This document shows positions 56,951 to 61,442 of a DNA stretch of 61,442 nucleotides, piece after piece. Numbering within the stretch: the stretch's first letter is position 1; each line of letters opens with the position of its first letter. The stretch spans positions 27,385-88,826 of the forward strand of contig NZEC01000006.1 in the NCBI GenBank assembly GCA_002688925.1, read 5' to 3'. The position numbers and the translations under genes are program-made. This stretch comes from an archaeon (GTDB taxonomy: Archaea; Nanobdellota; Nanobdellia; Woesearchaeales; GW2011-AR4). The notes under the pieces were generated by a model. It was not told where the DNA came from. It made no database searches and saw nothing but the letters and a program-made list of their open reading frames with translations.

Positions 56951-58801
56951 ATGAAAATCCACAGGCTTACAAAAAAACTCCAGCTTTTTCTAATTTTTCT
57001 TCTAGCATTTATACTAGCTGCAAATATAGCTTATTCTGTTCAGAGCAACAGTTCAAATTACAAAATTTCCTCAATAATATCAAGCGGTGGGAAAACAGTA
57101 AACAGCAGCAATTACAAGAGTTATGTTTCAACAGGAATTGTCAGCGGTGTTGTTAATTCATCAACATACAAAAACCTCATAGGATTTTTTCATACGTGGC
57201 TTCTAGCCGACAGCCAGCCATGCACTGCAAACAGCCAGTGCCAGGGAGGCTTTTGCTGCAGTAATCTATGCAGCAGCTCTTCCTGCCCTGTTGAAGATAG
57301 TGGAAGTGCAGCAGCCGCAGATTCTGGCGGTGGAGGAGGCGGTGGAGGAGGAGCAGGTGGTGGCGTAATTCCAACCGGTGCTGAAACTTCAGAAAGCCAG
57401 TTGTGGAGTATAATTCCTTCAGGATCATCTGTAAGCCTCACTATTGACAATGAAGATATAGCAATAACTCGTGTTGATATTAACAATATCGGATATGACC
57501 TGACTAATGCAGAAGTAACAGTTATTGCCTTAATGGAAAATCCTGTTGCAGAAGAGCCATCGGAAAATGTCTACCAATATATCAGTATAGATAAAAAAAA
57601 TATAGCTGATAGCGCTATAGGCAGTATTGAAATAGGCTTTAGAATTCCAAAATCATGGCTAACAGATAACAATTTAGCAAGAGAAGATATTGCATTATTC
57701 AGGTATGATAATGATAACTGGAATGAATTGAGTGTAGAAATAATTGAAGAAGATGCCGCATATATCAATTATGGGGCAAATATTCCTGGCTTAAGTTATT
57801 TTGTAATTGGCATGAAAAGCACCAAAATTAGAATAACACCTGGCAGCATAAAAGTAAATCTTATGCCTGGATTGCCTATTGAAGAAACATTAACAATAAA
57901 AAATACAGGCAGCAAAACTATAAGTATTTCGTTGGATGCTGAAGGTATCGAAAAGCTTGTATCCTTATCCGAAGATAGCTTTGATTTGGAGCCGGGCAAA
58001 TCAAAAACTGTAATAGCAAAGTTTAGAAGCAGTGAATCAGGCAGTTTTATAGGAAAAATTACAGCATCTGGATTAAATTTTGAGAAATCTATCCCTGTAA
58101 TAATTGAATCTGTAACCAGAAAATTCCTGTTTGATATAATACTGGAAGTAAATGCCCCATATAAGATAGTCAGGCCTGGAGATGAGATAAAAAGCAAGAT
58201 AATCCTGAAAACTGCTGAGGAAATTGATGTTACACTAAACTACCTGGTAAAAGATTTGAATAACAATATTGTTTTTAAGGAAAGCGAGAAATTGACTGCT
58301 ATAGATCAGCTTACTCTTGATAAATCCTTCAGGCTGCCTAAAGATTTAGAGCCGGGCCTGCATGCTCTTCTTGCTGAAGTTATTTATGCTGATAATACAA
58401 TTGCAATTTCCAGCGAGATTATTGAAGTAATCACTAAAGTTAAAAGATTTGAATTGGCAAAGTATATTGGGTATAAAATATTGATCTATATAATCTTAAT
58501 TACTATTATTATTGTACTATCGTTTATGGCATTGAGATATTTTGTTCCAAAGTACAGCAAAATGAATGCTCAGAATTTATATAAGGATTTTAAAGGTTTA
58601 ACTGCTGAATTTAATTCCAATATCAAATCTAAAAATCATAAGTATTTAATTGAACTTTACAATCAGATTATTTTAACCCATAATAAATTAATGAATTTCT
58701 CTCTTAACACTAAAATAAAGTCTGATATACTTAAAGAAACCAATAAAATTAAATATAGATTGAATAATATATTAAAGAAAATAAAAATAAAAAGACCATG
58801 A
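56951..58801 (+). CDS. secreted surface protein with PGF-pre-PGF-like domain and C-terminal TM anchor
   Basis: Signal peptide, Cys-rich CTANSQCQGGFCCSNLCSSSSC, a Gly run, then ISIDKKNI...FRYDNDNWNEL...NIPGLSYFVIG, and a C-terminal hydrophobic helix. Confidence 0.65.
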   Translation: MKIHRLTKKLQLFLIFLLAFILAANIAYSVQSNSSNYKISSIISSGGKTVNSSNYKSYVSTGIVSGVVNSSTYKNLIGFFHTWLLADSQPCTANSQCQGGFCCSNLCSSSSCPVEDSGSAAAADSGGGGGGGGGAGGGVIPTGAETSESQLWSIIPSGSSVSLTIDNEDIAITRVDINNIGYDLTNAEVTVIALMENPVAEEPSENVYQYISIDKKNIADSAIGSIEIGFRIPKSWLTDNNLAREDIALFRYDNDNWNELSVEIIEEDAAYINYGANIPGLSYFVIGMKSTKIRITPGSIKVNLMPGLPIEETLTIKNTGSKTISISLDAEGIEKLVSLSEDSFDLEPGKSKTVIAKFRSSESGSFIGKITASGLNFEKSIPVIIESVTRKFLFDIILEVNAPYKIVRPGDEIKSKIILKTAEEIDVTLNYLVKDLNNNIVFKESEKLTAIDQLTLDKSFRLPKDLEPGLHALLAEVIYADNTIAISSEIIEVITKVKRFELAKYIGYKILIYIILITIIIVLSFMALRYFVPKYSKMNAQNLYKDFKGLTAEFNSNIKSKNHKYLIELYNQIILTHNKLMNFSLNTKIKSDILKETNKIKYRLNNILKKIKIKRP

Positions 58802-60579
58802 AATATAAAAAAAGCCATAAGAAATCGAATATCTACATAAAAAATCCAGACAAATGCTATTCTCCTGAAACTATTAGAAAAACAAATATGTTGAATAGTA
58901 ATAAGCATGTACCCATGGATATACTAGCAAAAGAAAATAGGCTAAAAAATATACTCTTAAAAAGTATTCCTTTGGTTTTAGTATTAATTGCAGTATCCTC
59001 AATAATCTTCTTCATAAAGCCAGCTACAACAGGATATTCCGTTATAACAGAAGAATCTAATTTTACCGATAATATAGGCTTAATTGTCAATGAAAATAGT
59101 GATTATACTTGGAATCTGGAAAATGAAGGCTTGCTAAAATCAGTCAAGCTGAATGGTGAGGTAAAAAACAGCGGAACAGTAAAAATTTATCTTGAGCATG
59201 AAAATAATACTTATCTGATTTTTGACAATAAAAAATTAAAGGAAAGCGATTTAGAAGGAATTACTGGCTTTGTTGTCATAGTAGATGAGATTGAGGTTGA
59301 AATAACAGGAAATTTAACAGCAGATGAAGAGGCGATCATCAACAGCATAATTACAAATATTAATGAAACAAAAGATGATGTTGAGATTGAGATTGAAACA
59401 GAGGATAATGAGACTAAAACAGAGGTGACAGGAAATTTAACAGCAGAGCAAACTGCACTTATTGATTCCCTAACAGCCATATTGGATGTCAGGGATGATG
59501 AAGAAATTATTAAGATAAAAATAAAATCAGAATTTTTGGAAATAGAAGTGCCGGATGAAGAAGAGGAGGAAAGTGATGATGAAGAAAGTAATGAAGAAAT
59601 CGATGATAATTTAATTAATGATACAATAAATACAACAGAACCCTTAAATGAGACAGTTGTTAATGAAACAATAGAAGATATTTCTGTAAACAAAATAAAC
59701 ATCGCTCTTGGATATAAGCAGGATAGCATCTATGATGCAAATGACGACGGCAGAGAAAACATAGATGGTGTTATTGATCTGACTGTTGAAAACACTGAGT
59801 TTGACTGGCAGGTTGATGAAAAAAACCTATGCACGAGGTGGGATACTTTTTCTGTTGAAAATGAAGAAAACATATTAGCATGTTATGGCAGCAGTAGATG
59901 CTGCAGCTTTGTTGATTTATCTTCTGTAAGGCCTGATTGGAATGAGCCGCTTTATTCTACCTATGGGCAGTATGGCGCTGGCTTGAATAATATAATCTCT
60001 GCCCAGGTGCTGTACGTTGATTATAACCTAAGCTTACAAGTCCCATATTCTGAAATTTACTATTCTGAATGGAAAAATCTAAGCGCAGAATTCTACAAAG
60101 ATTTTGTCAGGTTTGAAGATGCATGCCTTGAAAGCTGCATATTGCCAAATTTAAATTCCTCTAGTTATAAATTGATATTTGAAATAGATAATTCCAGCTT
60201 AATTTTAGACAGCATAACCTACCGGGTACTAATTGATAAAAAAATAAATAATCCGCCTTTATTAAGGAAAAATTTTTCAGATATTTCCTTTTCTAGGGAT
60301 AAAAAGCATGAAATAAATTTGAATGATTACTTCTATGACCTGGAAAATGATAATCTTACCTTCAATTATTATAAAAATTCCAGCATTAATGTTTCATTGG
60401 AAAATGAAATAGCCGTCTTAACATCGGATAATGATTTTACCGGAACAACTTACATGTTTTTTACGGCTAATGATTCTGTTAACACAATAGCATCAGATGT
60501 TTTTAAAGTAGAAGTTAAAGTTCCAATAAAATTAGTTAAAGGCATGAAATCATTGAGGGATCTTATTGATTTGGGATGA
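58798..60579 (+). CDS. membrane-anchored surface protein with acidic repeats and a C-terminal cadherin/Ig-like domain
   Basis: ATGA overlap with the previous gene and an N-terminal TM helix. Repeats ITGNLTADEEAIINSI and VTGNLTAEQTALIDSL. The C-terminal segment INLNDYFYDLENDNLTF...FTANDSVNT is typical of archaeal surface-protein domains. Confidence 0.6.
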   Translation: MKYKKSHKKSNIYIKNPDKCYSPETIRKTNMLNSNKHVPMDILAKENRLKNILLKSIPLVLVLIAVSSIIFFIKPATTGYSVITEESNFTDNIGLIVNENSDYTWNLENEGLLKSVKLNGEVKNSGTVKIYLEHENNTYLIFDNKKLKESDLEGITGFVVIVDEIEVEITGNLTADEEAIINSIITNINETKDDVEIEIETEDNETKTEVTGNLTAEQTALIDSLTAILDVRDDEEIIKIKIKSEFLEIEVPDEEEEESDDEESNEEIDDNLINDTINTTEPLNETVVNETIEDISVNKINIALGYKQDSIYDANDDGRENIDGVIDLTVENTEFDWQVDEKNLCTRWDTFSVENEENILACYGSSRCCSFVDLSSVRPDWNEPLYSTYGQYGAGLNNIISAQVLYVDYNLSLQVPYSEIYYSEWKNLSAEFYKDFVRFEDACLESCILPNLNSSSYKLIFEIDNSSLILDSITYRVLIDKKINNPPLLRKNFSDISFSRDKKHEINLNDYFYDLENDNLTFNYYKNSSINVSLENEIAVLTSDNDFTGTTYMFFTANDSVNTIASDVFKVEVKVPIKLVKGMKSLRDLIDLG

Positions 60580-60659
60580 TTAAAAAAATTAAGGTAAGGT
60601 TTTCAAGAAAAAGAAGATAAAGTTTAAATAGAGTTTACAATCGATTTTCTGATTATTAC

Positions 60660-61031
60660 TTAGTTTTTATCATAAAACCTGGTTATCCTATCTCCTGTTC
60701 TTTTTAACTCATTAAGCATCTTTTTAATTTCCCTATCAAGTTTATGATGTTCTTTAAATTTTCCCTTCCATTCGTTAGAAGATGGCTCAGCAAGTCTATG
60801 AAGTATTGATTCAACTTCTTTAATGTATTTTTTTTTGTGTATAATACATGCACTAAATTTATTCCACTTTCCTTTATGTTTATCATTGAGATGATCATTT
60901 AATCGTTTGAATAAATTTTGGGCTATTCCGACATTGTATAATTTTTTATTGTAGTATAAAACATAAATTCCAGATCTCTTCTCAAGAAATGGCTTAAAAC
61001 GTTCAGAAATGGTATTATCTGTAAGAAACAT
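60660..61031 (-). CDS. GIY-YIG domain protein
   Basis: SGIYVLYYNKKLYNVGIAQNLFKRLNDH matches the GIY...YVG...R..H nuclease core. Confidence 0.6.
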   Translation of the reverse strand: MFLTDNTISERFKPFLEKRSGIYVLYYNKKLYNVGIAQNLFKRLNDHLNDKHKGKWNKFSACIIHKKKYIKEVESILHRLAEPSSNEWKGKFKEHHKLDREIKKMLNELKRTGDRITRFYDKN

Positions 61032-61080
61032 TACAGGTTGTGGGGGTATGTAACCTCTAACTAAAACACCTTATTGGATT

Positions 61081-61386
61081 TTGACTTCCTCTTTGTTTTA
61101 TATTTACGCTTCCTCACCATTTTCTTTAATAATAAAAAAAGAATATTTAAATGTTTCTGAAAAACTAGCTCTAAATCGAAATCGGCTCTCCTTTCTTACT
61201 AAAAATCTTCTTCCGAGTAATAAGATATTCCTAGATGATTTATTCATCGATAAAGGTATTAATAAATATATTAGTGAAGATATTAATGAAGATATTAGTG
61301 AAGATATTAATGAAGATATTAGTGAAGATATTAATGAGGATATTAGTGGATATATTGGCAAATTTATCGATAGATTTATATACTAG
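61081..61386 (+). CDS. possible repeat-containing ORF (TTG start); coding status uncertain
   Basis: Contains the EDINEDIS tandem repeat. A paralogous 3' end lies at the window start, where the stop codon is mutated. Confidence 0.3.
   Translation: MTSSLFYIYASSPFSLIIKKEYLNVSEKLALNRNRLSFLTKNLLPSNKIFLDDLFIDKGINKYISEDINEDISEDINEDISEDINEDISGYIGKFIDRFIY
61276..61347 (+). repeat. tandem repeat, six 12-nt units (GAAGATATTAAT/GAAGATATTAGT alternating)
   Basis: Read directly from the sequence. The last unit carries one substitution (GAGGATATTAGT). Confidence 0.9.
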
Positions 61387-61442
61387 TTAATCAAAGTATA
61401 CTTTTATGGCGTTTGGAAGAGACATTTTATACAAAAAAATCA
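61347..61442. repeat. right copy of the diverged 96-nt direct repeat (partner 1-96)
   Basis: 83/96 identical in an ungapped hand alignment. Confidence 0.8.

Noticed and set aside
61276-61347. Possible CRISPR or other spacer-repeat array.
   Set aside because: The units are contiguous 12-nt repeats with no spacers, in frame with an ORF. No cas genes or repeat-spacer architecture occur anywhere in the window.

Overview
This is an AT-rich, tightly packed 61.4-kb stretch (by eye roughly one-third G+C, not computed). It reads as chromosome of a small-genome, DPANN-like archaeon. That assignment is an inference from gene content: Orc1/Cdc6, an archaeal histone, TFE, EF-1alpha followed by uS10, class I LysRS, Pth2, SMC, FtsZ, two DHH/RecJ-like proteins, Dph2/Dph5, TruD, intron-containing tRNAs, GGTG-type Shine-Dalgarno sites and TTTATAAA-type TATA boxes. 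I call about 65 protein-coding genes. Several starts are moved relative to the ORF track, and five ORFs shorter than 60 aa were added by hand. There are three tRNAs: Lys-CUU with two introns, Gln-UUG with one intron, and Gly-UCC. I see no rRNA, no CRISPR array and no recognisable transposase or integrase. Functional blocks, in order: mdh-tsaC; cdc6; purA; rimK with its partner protease; class I lysRS; MTAP, an MDR dehydrogenase and an LsrF-type aldolase; dph2-truD-gap-polX; tfe; a compact archaeal CoA block (panB, coaBC, pantoate kinase, phosphopantothenate synthetase); UPF0182; histone; tuf-rps10; smc; alaS; ftsZ; dph5; and a secreted/surface-protein cluster at the right end. The most interesting signal is non-coding. 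A family of stem-bounded intergenic elements (five full copies plus one possible mini copy) keeps its terminal stem and an internal hairpin complementary through compensatory substitutions between copies. All but one copy sit 54-64 nt upstream of a start codon, in that gene's orientation. I do not recognise it as a named RNA or MITE family. Secondary observations: a doubly interrupted tRNA-Lys; a GpgS-like gene whose homology runs 64 codons upstream of any canonical start; an N-terminally truncated Dph2; a PHGDH-like protein with degenerate active-site motifs next to a divergent GT-A protein; a duplicated rps10 3' end; phased TGACATAT operator-like repeats; hairpin triplets upstream of ftsZ; a peptidoglycan lytic transglycosylase with LysM in an archaeal context; and diverged direct repeats at both window ends. 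All homology calls come from motif recognition by eye, with no database search run.
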